Of a stretch of DNA of 64,000 bases, positions 1 to 11,051 are shown piece by piece. The DNA is taken from contig CAWJEN010000006.1 in the NCBI GenBank assembly GCA_963841915.1, positions 352,001 through 416,000 of the forward strand. The letters run 5' to 3'. This DNA comes from an uncultured Planctomycetota bacterium. GTDB taxonomy: Bacteria; Planctomycetota; Phycisphaerae; Tepidisphaerales; Tepidisphaeraceae. Under the pieces are notes generated by a model that ran no database searches, had not been told where the DNA came from, and saw nothing but the letters and a program-made list of their open reading frames with translations. The stretch's first letter is position 1. Each line of letters begins with the position of its first letter. Position numbers and translations under genes: made by a program.

Positions 1-547
1 CGGAGAAGCGGTGCGGGTATTCGTCGACGGTGCTCTTGGCATCGCGGATCTGGACCTGCTCGAGCAGCTCGATGGTGCGGTCGCGTGCCTCGCGGCTGTT
101 CATGTCGAGGTGCAGGCGAAGCACTTCTCCGATCTGGTCGCCGATCGTGTAGACCGGGTTGAGCGAGGTCATCGGCTCCTGGAAGATCATGCCGATCCGC
201 CTGCCGCGGATAGACCGCATCTGCCGCTCGTTGGTTTGCATGAGGTCAACGGGTGCCGCCCCGCCTTCCCCGCGGAGCAGAATCTGCCCACCCGCATAAA
301 ACCCCGGCGGCTGCGGCACGAGCTGCATGACGCTCAGCGCACTGATCGACTTACCGCTGCCCGACTCGCCGACGCAGCAGAAGGTCTCGCCCGGCTTGAT
401 GTCGAACGAAACCCCATCGACCGCCTTGAGCGCATCCGCGGGCTTCTTGACGTCCCCAAAGTAGGTCCGCAGGTTCCGCACGGAGAGCAAAGGCCCTTCA
501 GGCGCAGCGACAGCGGGCGACGTTACAGGCTCGGCCAGGACAGTCAT
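1..547 (-). CDS. Oligopeptide/dipeptide ABC transporter ATP-binding protein (5' part; runs off window start)
   Basis: Minus-strand translation from ATG at 547: MTVLAEP...LLSVRNLRTYF...KAVDGVSFDIKPGETFCCVGESGSGKSISALSVMQL (Walker A, OppD/DppD-like). Not in the ORF track because it has no stop in the window. Confidence 0.9.
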   Translation of the reverse strand, partial: MTVLAEPVTSPAVAAPEGPLLSVRNLRTYFGDVKKPADALKAVDGVSFDIKPGETFCCVGESGSGKSISALSVMQLVPQPPGFYAGGQILLRGEGGAAPVDLMQTNERQMRSIRGRRIGMIFQEPMTSLNPVYTIGDQIGEVLRLHLDMNSREARDRTIELLEQVQIRDAKSTVDEYPHRFS

Positions 548-796
548 GGGTGTCAGCTTAGGACAAACGACGCCTGATGCCTCACTGGCTGGTCAATACC
601 TCGTCTGACGTCGCGCCGATTGCCACGTCGATCTGGATCGAGCCTCGGCGACCCGGCCGGCGGCAAAGCATCACCCCAGGACCTCTGCCGAGAGAAGCGC
701 GAAAGAGCGAAGGTCTGAGGAAGGGGCGTTACATCACGACGCTTCGCCCGCCGACAGGCGAGGCGATGCGGGTGAAGAGGTTCGCAGAGGCTTCGG

Positions 797-2787
797 ATGA
801 TTGCCGGCTGCGTGACGGAACCCATTCGTTACACTGCGGCTGTGACAATTTCAGACGTCCGGCCGAACAGTGGCTGGCTGGGCCGATACCGCATCGTCGC
901 TTGGACCGCGTTGGTGCTCCTGGCCGCACAGTTGATCCTGCGGTGCTTGCTTCTGCTTCGGTTTGCAGACACGACGGCACCGGGCGATGTGGTCCGGGCG
1001 ATGCTCGCCGGTTTGAGGTTTGACCTGCTGGTGACCGGGATTGTCGTATTGCCGCAGGTGCTGCACATGACGCTCCAGGGCGACGAGCGGGTGCGCGGGC
1101 GGCTGAGTCGCGTGTTGATTCACGTCGGGCTCGTTGTGTCGTTCGCGGTGCTGCTGTTCGTGATGGCCTCGGAGTACCTGTTTTTCGAGGAGTTCAGCTC
1201 GCGGCTCAACTACATCGCGTTCGAGTACCTCGTTTATCCGACGGAGGTGGCGACGAACATTTGGGAAAGTTTCCCGGTCGTACCGATCCTGCTGGCGGTC
1301 ACGATGGTGGCGGTGGCGATCTACTGGCCAATGCGGCCGATGATCCGGCGGGCGCTGGCCGTTGACGTGCCGGCCCGGCGCCGGTGGTCGGTCCTGGCAA
1401 TCTGGTTAGCGGGCATCGTGCTGCTCTGGACGACGACGACGCGGGCCACCATGAAGGTCGGCGAGGACCGCGTGGTCAACGAAATCGCCGGCAACGGGCT
1501 GTGGACGTTCGTCGAGAACGCGTGGACCAGCCGGTTCGACTACGACGCGTTCTACCCGACGCTGCCCGCGGCAGAGGCTGAGGCCATCGCCGCCGCCGAG
1601 GTGTTTCGTCCGGGCGAGGTACCTGCGGCGAATCCGGTCAATGTGCTCGACCGCATCGTCGACCCCGGCCGTCCCGCCAACGCCTACAACGTCATTGTCG
1701 TCCTTGAAGAAAGTCTCGGCTCCGACTTCATCGGCGTCCTCGGCGACGACCGCGGCCTGACGCCCAACCTCGACCGTCTCTCCGACGACGCCCTGCTGTT
1801 CGACAACTTCTACGCGACCGGCAACCGGACCGCGCGGCGCTCGAAGCCGTGATGACCGGCCTGCCGCCGATCCCGACGGAGTCGATTCTCAAGCGCGATC
1901 ACTCGACGAACGTCGAAAGCCTCGCCCGCATACTCAGCGAGCGCGACTACGCCACCACCTTCGTCTACGGCGGACGCGGCGTGTTCGACGGCATGCGCTC
2001 ATTCATGCTCGCAAACGGGTTTCAGAGGTTTGTGGAGCAGGCCGACTTCGAGAATCCCGGCTTCACCAACGCGTGGGGCGTCGACGATGAAGCCATATTC
2101 GACAAGGCGCTGCGGGAGTGTGACGACCGCCACGCCGACGGCCGGCCGTTCTTTACAACGATTTTGACGGTCTCGAACCACCGCCCGTACACCTACCCCG
2201 ACGGCCATATCGACCGGGCGAGCAGCGATCAGAAACGCGACAACGCGGTGAAGTACGCCGCCTACGCGGTCGGCCGCTTCTTCGAGAAGCTCAAGCAAAA
2301 GCCGTACTTCAACGACACGATGGTCGTGGTGCTGGGCGATCACGGGGCACGCGTGTACGGGGCTCAGCAGTTTCCCATTGAGAGTTATCGCGTGCCGGTG
2401 TGGCTGTTCCTGCCGAACCGGGAACAGGCCGGGGAGCGCAACAGCATCATGTCGTGCGCCCTCGACATCGCGCCGACGCTCCTGGGCCAACTCGGCGGCA
2501 CGTACCGCACCACCATGTTCGGCCGCGACGCCACGAGCGTTTCGCCCACGGAAGGTCGCGCGCTCATGCAGCACAACCACGAGTTGGCGTTGCTACGGCA
2601 CGACGGCCGCATGACGGTGCTGTCGCTCGCAGAAGCACCTGCGACCTACACGGTCGACGAAGTCACACGCGAAACCGAATCAGCGCCCATTGACCCGGCT
2701 GATGAACATACTGCGACGGCCATTTTCCAACTCGCCAACAGGCTCTATTACGACGACGACTATCGACACGGCGTCGACGTTCCGTAG
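797..2787 (+). pseudogene. LTA synthase family / sulfatase-fold membrane phosphotransferase, split by a 1-nt frameshift (ORFs 797-1852 and 1849-2787)
   Basis: N-terminal TM helices, NVIVVLEESLG, catalytic YATGNRT, then LTVSNHRPY and GDHG in the second ORF. Adding one G at 1836-1837 gives the continuous reading RTARALEAVMTGLPP. Confidence 0.85.
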
Positions 2788-2898
2788 AGCCATCGAACGC
2801 AGATTGAGGCGGTAAGTCTTTGTCCAAACAACAATGAGCAAGGAACGACGTGGGCGCGGCACCGATGTTGCCGGTACCTTTCGGCTTGGTTGAACAAA

Positions 2899-4413
2899 AT
2901 GACAAGACTGGCGATGCCGTTGGAAGATTCGCCTGCCACATTTCAATGGCTTTGGACCTGGATTGTGTCGCCGTCGCTTCGGGTCGGCTTGTTGGTGGTG
3001 CTTCTGGCGTTTGCGTTTCAGGGGACGCAAGGTCTGTGGGAGCCCGACGAGGGTCGTTACACGGCCGTCGCCTCAGAGATGCTGCGGACAGGTGACTGGA
3101 TTCACCCGCAGCTCAACGACTGGACGCCGCACGACACGAAGCCGCCCTTGACGTATTGGCTGCTTTCGTCGAGCTTCGCAATCCTGGGCCGCAACGAGTG
3201 GGCGGCGCGGCTTCCGGGAGCGGCGGCGTTTGCGGGAACAGCCCTGCTCATGTGGCCGCTCGCCCGACGTCTGCTCGGCGACTCGGCGGACGCTGCTCGA
3301 CGCGTTCTCTATGCGCCGCTGCTCTACGCCACGACGGCAGGACCGTTCGTCGCTTCCAATGTCGTCTCGACGGACGGCATCCTGACGTTCTTCGAAACGG
3401 TCGCTTTGACCGGCTTTGTCGCCCATGAATTCAAGCCGTCTCACCGGGGGCCAAAGGCCCTTGGCTTGATGTGGTTCGGCTTCGCATTGGCGTTCCAGAC
3501 CAAGGGGCCACCCGGCTTGTTGCCGCTGTTGGCCATTCTGGTGTTCGTGCTGCGCGTACACGGCTGGCGAAGCGTGATGCGATTGTTCTGGCTGCCCGGC
3601 TTGGCGCTCTTTGCAGTGCTGGGCTTGGGATGGTTTGCCGTCATCTGCTGGCAGCAACCGAACATGCTCGGGTACTTCGTCGGCTACGAGTTCATTGACC
3701 GCATCGCCACCGGCACGCACGGCCGGCACGCTGCCTGGTCTTACGCCCTTACGATTTATGTTCCCGCACTTCTTGGTGGGTCGCTGCCGTGGGTGCCCGT
3801 CGCTTTAGTCCGCGTTCTGTGGCGGCGACGCGTTCATGGGCCAAGGGCGTGGTCGCCGGCCTCGAAATTCCTGCTGTTGTGGATTACGATTCCGCTGGCG
3901 GTGTTTCTTGTCTCAAAATCTCGAATGTATCTGTACGTGCTGCCGCTGATGGTGCCGTTGGTGCTGGTGGCGGTCCTGCATTGGCCTCACGCGGCGTTGT
4001 CGCTTCGGCGGGAACGGTGGTTTGCGACCGGCTGGGTCGTGGTTCTTCTTTCGTTTCGGTTAGGGCTTGGTCTGCTCAACGACACAAAGGACTCGTCGCG
4101 TCTGGCCGAAGCCTTGCCGCCGTTACCTTCCGATGTGGGTGCCGTGCTGGTGATCGACGACAAATGGCGGTACGGACTGGCGGTGCCGCTGCGACGGCAG
4201 ATCCGCCTGGTGTCGCCGGATTTGTCGTCGTCCGAAGAGCCGACGCTGGACGAGGCGTTGAGCGACTGCCGAAAGTCGCAGATCCGGGCGGCAGTGCTCA
4301 TTGGTCGGCGGGGTGAACTTCCCGCAGCCCGATCCGTCGCCGACGACGCGATAACTCCTTATGCCGACATCGACGGGTGGAAGGTGTACCTCACCGACTC
4401 CTTGACAAAGTGA
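2899..4413 (+). CDS. Glycosyltransferase family 39 (ArnT/PMT-like) membrane protein
   Basis: LWEPDEGRYTAVASEML, KPPLTYWL, NEWAARLP, TKGPPGLL, SKSRMYLYVLP motifs; multiple TM segments. Confidence 0.9.
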   Translation: MTRLAMPLEDSPATFQWLWTWIVSPSLRVGLLVVLLAFAFQGTQGLWEPDEGRYTAVASEMLRTGDWIHPQLNDWTPHDTKPPLTYWLLSSSFAILGRNEWAARLPGAAAFAGTALLMWPLARRLLGDSADAARRVLYAPLLYATTAGPFVASNVVSTDGILTFFETVALTGFVAHEFKPSHRGPKALGLMWFGFALAFQTKGPPGLLPLLAILVFVLRVHGWRSVMRLFWLPGLALFAVLGLGWFAVICWQQPNMLGYFVGYEFIDRIATGTHGRHAAWSYALTIYVPALLGGSLPWVPVALVRVLWRRRVHGPRAWSPASKFLLLWITIPLAVFLVSKSRMYLYVLPLMVPLVLVAVLHWPHAALSLRRERWFATGWVVVLLSFRLGLGLLNDTKDSSRLAEALPPLPSDVGAVLVIDDKWRYGLAVPLRRQIRLVSPDLSSSEEPTLDEALSDCRKSQIRAAVLIGRRGELPAARSVADDAITPYADIDGWKVYLTDSLTK

Positions 4414-4508
4414 CAGCAAAGCCACGTTGTTTAGCGGGTTACGCCGGAAGCGTCGGAGACGCTAACGGTGCTGCTTGCCCTGTCACGGCAGATAGCGACG
4501 ATGACATC

Positions 4509-5735
4509 GTGTTCCGCCGCTTGAACGAGTCCGAGCCGATCCCGCGAACGGTCCTGCTGATCGTCGTGGGTCTTGCGATCGCGTTGCGGGTCGGGTGGTC
4601 GATCGCGATGCCGACGTCACTGGAGGCGTTGCCGGATCAGCAGGAGTACGTGGCCCTGGCCGAGTCGGTGCTGGACGGGCGCGGGTTCGCATTGACAGAC
4701 GAGCGGTACGCGGTGCCGCAGACGCTGCTAGCCCAGCGAATGCCGGGGTATGCGGCGTTCGTTGCGGCCTTAGGGGCAAGTCCGACGCTCGTGCGGATCG
4801 CCCAGGCCTTGATCGAAGCGTCGACGGTGCTGGCGACGATGTTGCTCACGCGGCAACTGGTGGGCGGACGCTGCCTGCCGATCCTGGCGGGCGCGGGCGT
4901 GGCGTTGCACCCGTATCTGGCTTATTTCTCGACACTCGTCCTGACCGAGACACTCTTCACCGCCCTGCTGACGTGGGCCATGTGGGCGCTGGTGCGTTCA
5001 CGGGACGACGGCAAGTGGTGGTGGTTGGCGGCGGTGCTCATGCTGACGGCGACGTACCTGCGGCCTTCGGGGGCAGCGTTGTGGCTGACGATGGCGTTGG
5101 CGGCCGCCGTGCTGCCGACGCGGGTGAAGCTGCCGATCGGGCCGATGGCGACGGCGATGGCTGTGTTGCTGGTCGGGCTGTCGCCGTGGATCGTCAGGAA
5201 CGCGCTCGTGCTGGAGGCATGGGTTCCGACGACCACCAACAGCGGCATCACGCTCTACGACGGCTGGAATGCCGACAACACCACCGGCGGCAGCGACCAG
5301 GCGTTCGTGCCGCTGATGCCCGAACTGTCGCTGATGAGCGAAGTCGAGCGGAACAATCACCTGCGGGACAAGGCGGTCGAGGCGATGCGGCGTGATCCGT
5401 GGCGGACGGTCGAGCTGGCGGTGAAGAAGGTCGGGCGAACGTGGTCACCGGTGCCGCTCAGCGAGCCGCGGCTGCTCGTGCGGGTCGTCGGTGGCGTCTT
5501 CGTCGGGTCATTGTTCGTGCTCGCCTTGATTGGCCTGATGCGTGGTCCGGGCGGGTGGCGGATGAAGGTGCTTCTGCTGACGCCGATCGTGACGCTGACG
5601 CTCCTGCATGCCGCCAGCGTCGGGTCGATGCGGTACCGACTGCCGATCGACCCGTTGTTGTGCGTGCTGGCGACAGGTGGATTGGCGGTGCTGACAACCC
5701 GCAGCGCCTCGGCTTCGTATGAATCCTCGACTTGA
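4509..5735 (+). CDS. GT-C fold (ArnT/GT39-like) membrane glycosyltransferase
   Basis: PDQQEY..LA, RMPGY, LTETLFT, LRP, PWIVRN, RYRLPIDP motifs; start codon uncertain (ORF open from 4377). Confidence 0.8.
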   Translation: MFRRLNESEPIPRTVLLIVVGLAIALRVGWSIAMPTSLEALPDQQEYVALAESVLDGRGFALTDERYAVPQTLLAQRMPGYAAFVAALGASPTLVRIAQALIEASTVLATMLLTRQLVGGRCLPILAGAGVALHPYLAYFSTLVLTETLFTALLTWAMWALVRSRDDGKWWWLAAVLMLTATYLRPSGAALWLTMALAAAVLPTRVKLPIGPMATAMAVLLVGLSPWIVRNALVLEAWVPTTTNSGITLYDGWNADNTTGGSDQAFVPLMPELSLMSEVERNNHLRDKAVEAMRRDPWRTVELAVKKVGRTWSPVPLSEPRLLVRVVGGVFVGSLFVLALIGLMRGPGGWRMKVLLLTPIVTLTLLHAASVGSMRYRLPIDPLLCVLATGGLAVLTTRSASASYESST

Positions 5736-8700
5736 ACCTGCTCAACGTCCAACGCGGCCCGCGCGACCTGTTCACGGCAACGTGGCGGTCGTCGTGCCCC
5801 ATCAGGCCACGACGCGGCAGGCTTCGCAGGTTCGTCTGCCTCTCGCTGCTGGGCGTGCTGTTCTTCGCCAGCGTCGGCTACACCTACGCGACTGACGAAC
5901 AGCGCGTGCGACGACTGGCTCAGACGTACCTGGGCCGGTTGCTCGGTGCGGAGGTCACGGTGGGCGAGGCGTCGCTGGGACTGTTCGAGGGCTTGCGGCT
6001 CGGTGACGTAGAGCTTCGCACGCCGGCCGCTGCAGGGCTTGAAGACGAGGACCGCCTGCTCTTCACCGCACGCGGCGTCACGATTGATTACGACCCGTTT
6101 GCCTTGCTCGTCGGTCGGCTGACGGCAGACCGCATCGTCGCGGTCGACCCGCACGTGAGGCTTGTCGAGAATACGCGGAACGGAACGTGGAACGCCCAGA
6201 AACTCGGCATCGTGTCGCGGCCACGTAAGGAAGGCGCAGAGCCGTTCCGTCCGCCCGGCGAGTTGCCGGCGGTGGTGTTGAGGAACGCGCGGGTCGACGT
6301 GCTGCACCGCTCGTCGGGCGGACTGACCACGCAGGGCGGCTTCGGCATCGAGGCGAATTTGCGGCCCGACCTGTCGGTCGAGCACGACGGGGCCGAGTAC
6401 GCGTTCGACGTACAGACCCGCAACATGCTCGCACCCGACGGCAACGACCTGGGCGGACTCGGCCCACGTGCACGCGGCAAACTGAGCATCGGCGGAAGCG
6501 ACCGCTCGTTCGATGTGGCTGCAGAGCTGACCGATGCGGAGTTCAACGAGATTCTGGGGCTTCTTCCTGAACGCGTTGCCGACTGGGCGAGGCGGCGTGG
6601 ACTGACGGGCGAGATGAGCGTGCCGGTGCTGGCCTACGGGTACAACCCGTCGGCGCCGCGTGGCAAGCGGACGACGTTTAACGTTCGGGCCGACCTCACC
6701 GGCGGGTCGGCGACGGTGCTGCCCGATCTGTGGCTCGGTGCCGACGAGATGCAGCTGCGGACGAACGTGGCCGATTGGCTTGGCCAGGCGGCGACGCGAC
6801 TGATGGTGCAGCCGCGACTGGCGGCACGTTTCGCCACCGCGGCAGGTGAGTGGCAGCCAAAACCCATCTGCCTCGATGACGCCCGTGGCAGCGTCACCTT
6901 CACGCAGGCAGGTATCGGAGAGGCGATGCTGTCGGGCGAGCTTGAAGGTAACCGCATCATCCTCACCGCGCTCAGCGAGGGGTATGCCCGGGATGGCGAG
7001 ATCAAGTTACGCGTTCGCACACCCGAAGATGACCCGCTGCAATTGCCGGCAGTCGCGCCGTACCTGGCGTCGATGCCGCGGCAGGTTCGCGAGGTGTACG
7101 ACCGATTCCGCCCGCGGGGGACGGCCGAGTTCGACTTCACGATTGAGCGACCTGCTGGCGATCCGCGGATTCGCGCGACGGGCGAGGTGCGCGTGCTCGA
7201 CGGATCATTCGCCCTCGACCGGTTGCCCTACCGGCTCTACGACGGACGCGGCACGCTCGACATCGTGTTCGACGAGGCCACCGAACGGCACGAGCTTCGG
7301 ATTGAGCGGCTCACCGCACGCGGCAGACCCGGCAGCCCAAATGCCGACACGTACGTGCGGGTCGACGGCATCATCGGCCCGCTCGAACGTGCGCCGGGCT
7401 TCGACATCGCGGTGCTGGCCCGCGGCGTGCGCGAAGAGCCGGACTTGGTCCAAGCCCTGCCACCGCCGATCCGCAGGAGTGTGCGGCTGTTCGACCCGGA
7501 CTATCACGCGGTGAAGAAGCCGGGGCTGCCGGCACTCGATTTTCGCGGAGACTTGAACATTCGCGTCGTCCGTCCGCCGGGCCGTGACAAGCGGTGGACC
7601 TTCGACATTGGCGTGCGGGCGGCATCGTTCAGCGGCGCGTTCGAGGCCTTTGCCTACCCCATTCGCAACGCCACTGCGGAGTTGGAAGTGCGTGAGGACG
7701 GTCTGACGCTGACGCGCAGCAGGCTCGCAAATGCGGGTGGCGGGTCGGCGGGTGTGGCCGGTGAACTGACCTGGGGCAGCTCACTGGCGAGCGGGCTCGA
7801 CTACGACTTTACAATTGCCGGGAGTAACCTGCCGCTCGATGACGCACTTCGCGCAGCCCTTCCCGATGCGGCCCGCGAGGCAGTTCGACAGCTCGGCCTC
7901 GGCGGTCGCTCGGGCGTGACGGCCACTGTCCGCGGCAATACGCAGCAGCCACTGGGATACGACATTCAGCTCGACGTGACCGAGGGCTACGTCTGGCCCG
8001 ACGGTACGATGTTTGCCGTGCAGGACACACGTGGACGCGTTCGGTTGCAGCCGGGCCTCGTCACGCTGACCGACATCACAGCCACGCGCGACGGGGCCGA
8101 CGTCGCGATGAGCGGAACGATCGGGCTCGACGAGTCAGGCACGAGCGCCCTGAGCGTGACAGCCGCGAATGCCGCAGTCGATGCCGGCTTGTACGACCTG
8201 CTGCCCGTCGCGGCACGGGATGCGTGGGATTGGCTGCAACCCTCTGGCAGAGCCGATGCGGCAGTGACGTATCGAGGCCCGACGGCCGCGTTGTTGCCGC
8301 AAAGCGAAGAGGCCGAGGCGTTCGATCCTTCGGCGCTGGCGTACGACATTTCGCTCAAGCCCTTGGGCATGGAAGCAACACCGCTCGGCCTGCCTTACCC
8401 GTTCGGCGACATCCGCGGTGAGATTCGCATCACGCCCGGCAGCGTCAAGCTCGACGGTGTCACCGCTGGTCGCCGAGACGCTGACGAAGGAGTCGCTCCC
8501 ACGTTCCGGATCGACGGCACCGGTGACTTGTCTCGTATCGATGCACCGGCTGGTCTTTGGCGAGTCGGCGTCAAGGCCGGTGACCTGCCTGTCGACGACG
8601 CGCTCAAAGCGGCCTTGCCCAACGCGCTGCGTGAGGGTGTTGAAGCAATCGCTCTGGCCGGCGTCGTGTCGCTCGACATGCCGCGCCTGACGATCAAGAC

Positions 8701-9598
8701 GCGAAGCGATGACCTGCCACCCGACACCGAGTTCGCCGGTACTGCGATTCTACAGAAAGCGACGCTGGAGCCGGGTGTTCGGCTTGACGACGTGGTCGGC
8801 CGCGTGAGTGTCGGCGGTGTCTTTGCAAGCGGCGAGCTGCAGAGCCTGACGAGCGGGTTCGTGGCAGACACCTTCCTCGCCAGCGGTCGCCCGGGCCAAA
8901 CCTTGTCAGCCGACCTTCGCCTCGACAAAGAGCTCGGTGAGCTTCGGATCGAGAACATCACGGGCGGCGTGGCGGGTGGACTGCTCGAAGGCAATGCCTC
9001 CATCGGCTGGGCGGCGGTGGGTCAGGAAGATCTCCCGCAGCCCTTCGACGCCCGAATCCGCGTCGAACGCGTTGAGGTCCAACAACTACTCGGTGACGGC
9101 TTTGGTAACGGCAGCGTCTCGGCAGAATTGCAGCTCGGTGGCAACATCGGCGAGCCAGCTTCGAGGCGTGGCCGTGGGTCGCTGCGGGTCGTCGGGCGCG
9201 ACTTGTACTCGCTGCCGCTCGTTGTCGGGCTGCTGCAGGTGACGAACCTTGCTTTGCCAGGCAACCTTGCGATCAGCCGCGCCGGGGCCGAGGTCGCCAT
9301 TGACGGACAGCGGATGGTGCTGAGCGATCTGTCGATTTCAACCGGTGTGCAGAACGCAGAGAACGCGTTGCTCGTCGGTGGCGGTGAGTTCGATTACGAC
9401 AAGCGAACCTGGCGACTCTGGCTCCGGCCCGGTCGCGGCGGATGGGACAAGTTCCCGGTGCTCGGACCCTTCGCCGACTTCGCCCGCGGCGAACTGCTTG
9501 GCAGTGAGATCGGCGGAACGCTCGAAGAACCCGAAGTCCGCGCCGGGACGCTGCCGACCGTTCGGGCGACGCTCGACCGGACACTCAAAGACGAGTAG
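5732..9598 (+). CDS. Large AsmA-like (repeating beta-groove) envelope protein
   Basis: 1288 aa with one N-terminal TM anchor, beta-rich repeats and C-terminal IGGTLEEPEV typical of AsmA-like C-termini; start uncertain. Confidence 0.7.
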   Translation: MNLLNVQRGPRDLFTATWRSSCPIRPRRGRLRRFVCLSLLGVLFFASVGYTYATDEQRVRRLAQTYLGRLLGAEVTVGEASLGLFEGLRLGDVELRTPAAAGLEDEDRLLFTARGVTIDYDPFALLVGRLTADRIVAVDPHVRLVENTRNGTWNAQKLGIVSRPRKEGAEPFRPPGELPAVVLRNARVDVLHRSSGGLTTQGGFGIEANLRPDLSVEHDGAEYAFDVQTRNMLAPDGNDLGGLGPRARGKLSIGGSDRSFDVAAELTDAEFNEILGLLPERVADWARRRGLTGEMSVPVLAYGYNPSAPRGKRTTFNVRADLTGGSATVLPDLWLGADEMQLRTNVADWLGQAATRLMVQPRLAARFATAAGEWQPKPICLDDARGSVTFTQAGIGEAMLSGELEGNRIILTALSEGYARDGEIKLRVRTPEDDPLQLPAVAPYLASMPRQVREVYDRFRPRGTAEFDFTIERPAGDPRIRATGEVRVLDGSFALDRLPYRLYDGRGTLDIVFDEATERHELRIERLTARGRPGSPNADTYVRVDGIIGPLERAPGFDIAVLARGVREEPDLVQALPPPIRRSVRLFDPDYHAVKKPGLPALDFRGDLNIRVVRPPGRDKRWTFDIGVRAASFSGAFEAFAYPIRNATAELEVREDGLTLTRSRLANAGGGSAGVAGELTWGSSLASGLDYDFTIAGSNLPLDDALRAALPDAAREAVRQLGLGGRSGVTATVRGNTQQPLGYDIQLDVTEGYVWPDGTMFAVQDTRGRVRLQPGLVTLTDITATRDGADVAMSGTIGLDESGTSALSVTAANAAVDAGLYDLLPVAARDAWDWLQPSGRADAAVTYRGPTAALLPQSEEAEAFDPSALAYDISLKPLGMEATPLGLPYPFGDIRGEIRITPGSVKLDGVTAGRRDADEGVAPTFRIDGTGDLSRIDAPAGLWRVGVKAGDLPVDDALKAALPNALREGVEAIALAGVVSLDMPRLTIKTRSDDLPPDTEFAGTAILQKATLEPGVRLDDVVGRVSVGGVFASGELQSLTSGFVADTFLASGRPGQTLSADLRLDKELGELRIENITGGVAGGLLEGNASIGWAAVGQEDLPQPFDARIRVERVEVQQLLGDGFGNGSVSAELQLGGNIGEPASRRGRGSLRVVGRDLYSLPLVVGLLQVTNLALPGNLAISRAGAEVAIDGQRMVLSDLSISTGVQNAENALLVGGGEFDYDKRTWRLWLRPGRGGWDKFPVLGPFADFARGELLGSEIGGTLEEPEVRAGTLPTVRATLDRTLKDE

Positions 9599-9607
9599 GT
9601 TGCGATC

Positions 9608-9988
9608 ATGTCACTGCTGGCCCTGCTGTTCGTCGCACTTGGTGGAGCGACGGGCGCGGTCACTCGCTATGCGACGGCGGAGCTTGCTGCACAGGTGCTA
9701 GGCCGAACCTGGGTGCCGGCGGCGACGCTGCTCGTCAATGTCATCGGCTGCCTGATCATCGGTATTGTCGCAGCACGGAGCGGACGCAGCGAGGCATCGT
9801 GGATCATCGACAACAAACCGCTCATTGCTGTCGGGTTTTGCGGAGCTTTGACCACGTTCAGCACGTTCGGGCTCGAGACGCTTGACATGCTGCAGCGTCG
9901 TCCGGTGCTGGCGGTCGCACTCGTGGCGGCACACGTTGTGCTGGGCGTGGCGGCGGTAGCGGTCGGCTTCAAGCTGGCGGCGGCGTGA
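9608..9988 (+). CDS. crcB: Fluoride efflux channel Fluc/CrcB
   Basis: GGATGAVTRY, TLLVNVIGC, GFCGALTTFSTF signature. Confidence 0.95.
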   Translation: MSLLALLFVALGGATGAVTRYATAELAAQVLGRTWVPAATLLVNVIGCLIIGIVAARSGRSEASWIIDNKPLIAVGFCGALTTFSTFGLETLDMLQRRPVLAVALVAAHVVLGVAAVAVGFKLAAA

Positions 9989-11051
9989 CGCGGTCGACCG
10001 CTTGCAGCACGGCTTCGACCGAGATCTGGCCGACGCAATACGGCGGCTTGCAGCGAACGTGCGGCGTTGTGCGGCGGTGCGGATAGTCGAAGCACGGCGC
10101 GCAGGTGGCGGGCGTCTGGACGACGAGGTGCCGGTAGCCGAACGGCGAGACTTCGTCAGGCCGGGCGGGACCGAACAGCGCGACGGGTGGCGTCCCGACC
10201 GCAGCGGCGAGATGGGCCAACCCGCTGTCGCTGCCGACGTACAGGTCGCAAACCGCCAGCACCGCCGCCGCCTCGTGCAACGGGCCGGCCAACGGCACCA
10301 GCGGCAGATCAACGTGCGAGCGGATCAAGTCTCCAACACCCGCGTCTTCCGGGCCTTCGAGCAGAATCGGCGTCAGGCCACGTGCCCGCAGCCGCGGCAC
10401 GAGGCGGGCGTACTGCTCGGGTGGCCAGCGCTTGCTGAGGGCAAAGACGGTCGCCCCGCTGCCGGCGTGGATCGCGCAGAGGCGCGGCCCTGGACCTGCG
10501 TCGTGCGGCGAAACGGCGGCCGAGAGCTGATGTTTCGCATTCTCCAGATCGCCGGCCGACAGCGGCAGCGTCGGAGGCATAGCGACGTCTGGCTCGATTG
10601 CGAGCGGCGGCAGCAAGTCGAGGTTCGTCAGCACGTCGTGACGTCCTTCGACCGTCGCGACCCGATTGCCGACGAGCCCGTGCAACGCCCTGACGCGGCC
10701 GACCGGGTACGTGTGCAGGACAACTCGTTTTGCATCGGCCAGGCAAGCGAGCAGCGAGTATTGCCAGCGATTGGACGGGTACGGCACGACCAGCAGATCG
10801 GCCTCGTATCGGCGGAGTTGCCGAAGCAAGCGGGCAAACTGCCTCGGCTCGTTGCCGAAGACTTCGACGCGGGTGACGTCATCGAGCCGCTCGAAGACGC
10901 CGGCGATGGATCGATTCCTCGCAAAGACGACGAGGTCCGCGCCGTCGTGAGCTGCGGCGAGCTGCCGAATCATCGGCTGGGCCATCAGCGCGTTGCCCAT
11001 GCCGGCCAGCACCGGCACCACGATACGACGAACAGCCGTGCGGTCATTCAC
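9969..11051 (-). CDS. Glycosyltransferase family 9 (heptosyltransferase-like)
   Basis: GMGNALMAQP, KRWPPE, VGSDSGLAHLAAAVGTPPVALFGP, C-terminal CAPC...C..C. GTG start overlaps the upstream TGA (GTGA). Confidence 0.9.
   Translation of the reverse strand: MNDRTAVRRIVVPVLAGMGNALMAQPMIRQLAAAHDGADLVVFARNRSIAGVFERLDDVTRVEVFGNEPRQFARLLRQLRRYEADLLVVPYPSNRWQYSLLACLADAKRVVLHTYPVGRVRALHGLVGNRVATVEGRHDVLTNLDLLPPLAIEPDVAMPPTLPLSAGDLENAKHQLSAAVSPHDAGPGPRLCAIHAGSGATVFALSKRWPPEQYARLVPRLRARGLTPILLEGPEDAGVGDLIRSHVDLPLVPLAGPLHEAAAVLAVCDLYVGSDSGLAHLAAAVGTPPVALFGPARPDEVSPFGYRHLVVQTPATCAPCFDYPHRRTTPHVRCKPPYCVGQISVEAVLQAVDRVTPPPA

Noticed and set aside
11..577. 188-aa plus-strand ORF
   Set aside because: Antisense shadow of the ABC ATP-binding gene on the minus strand.
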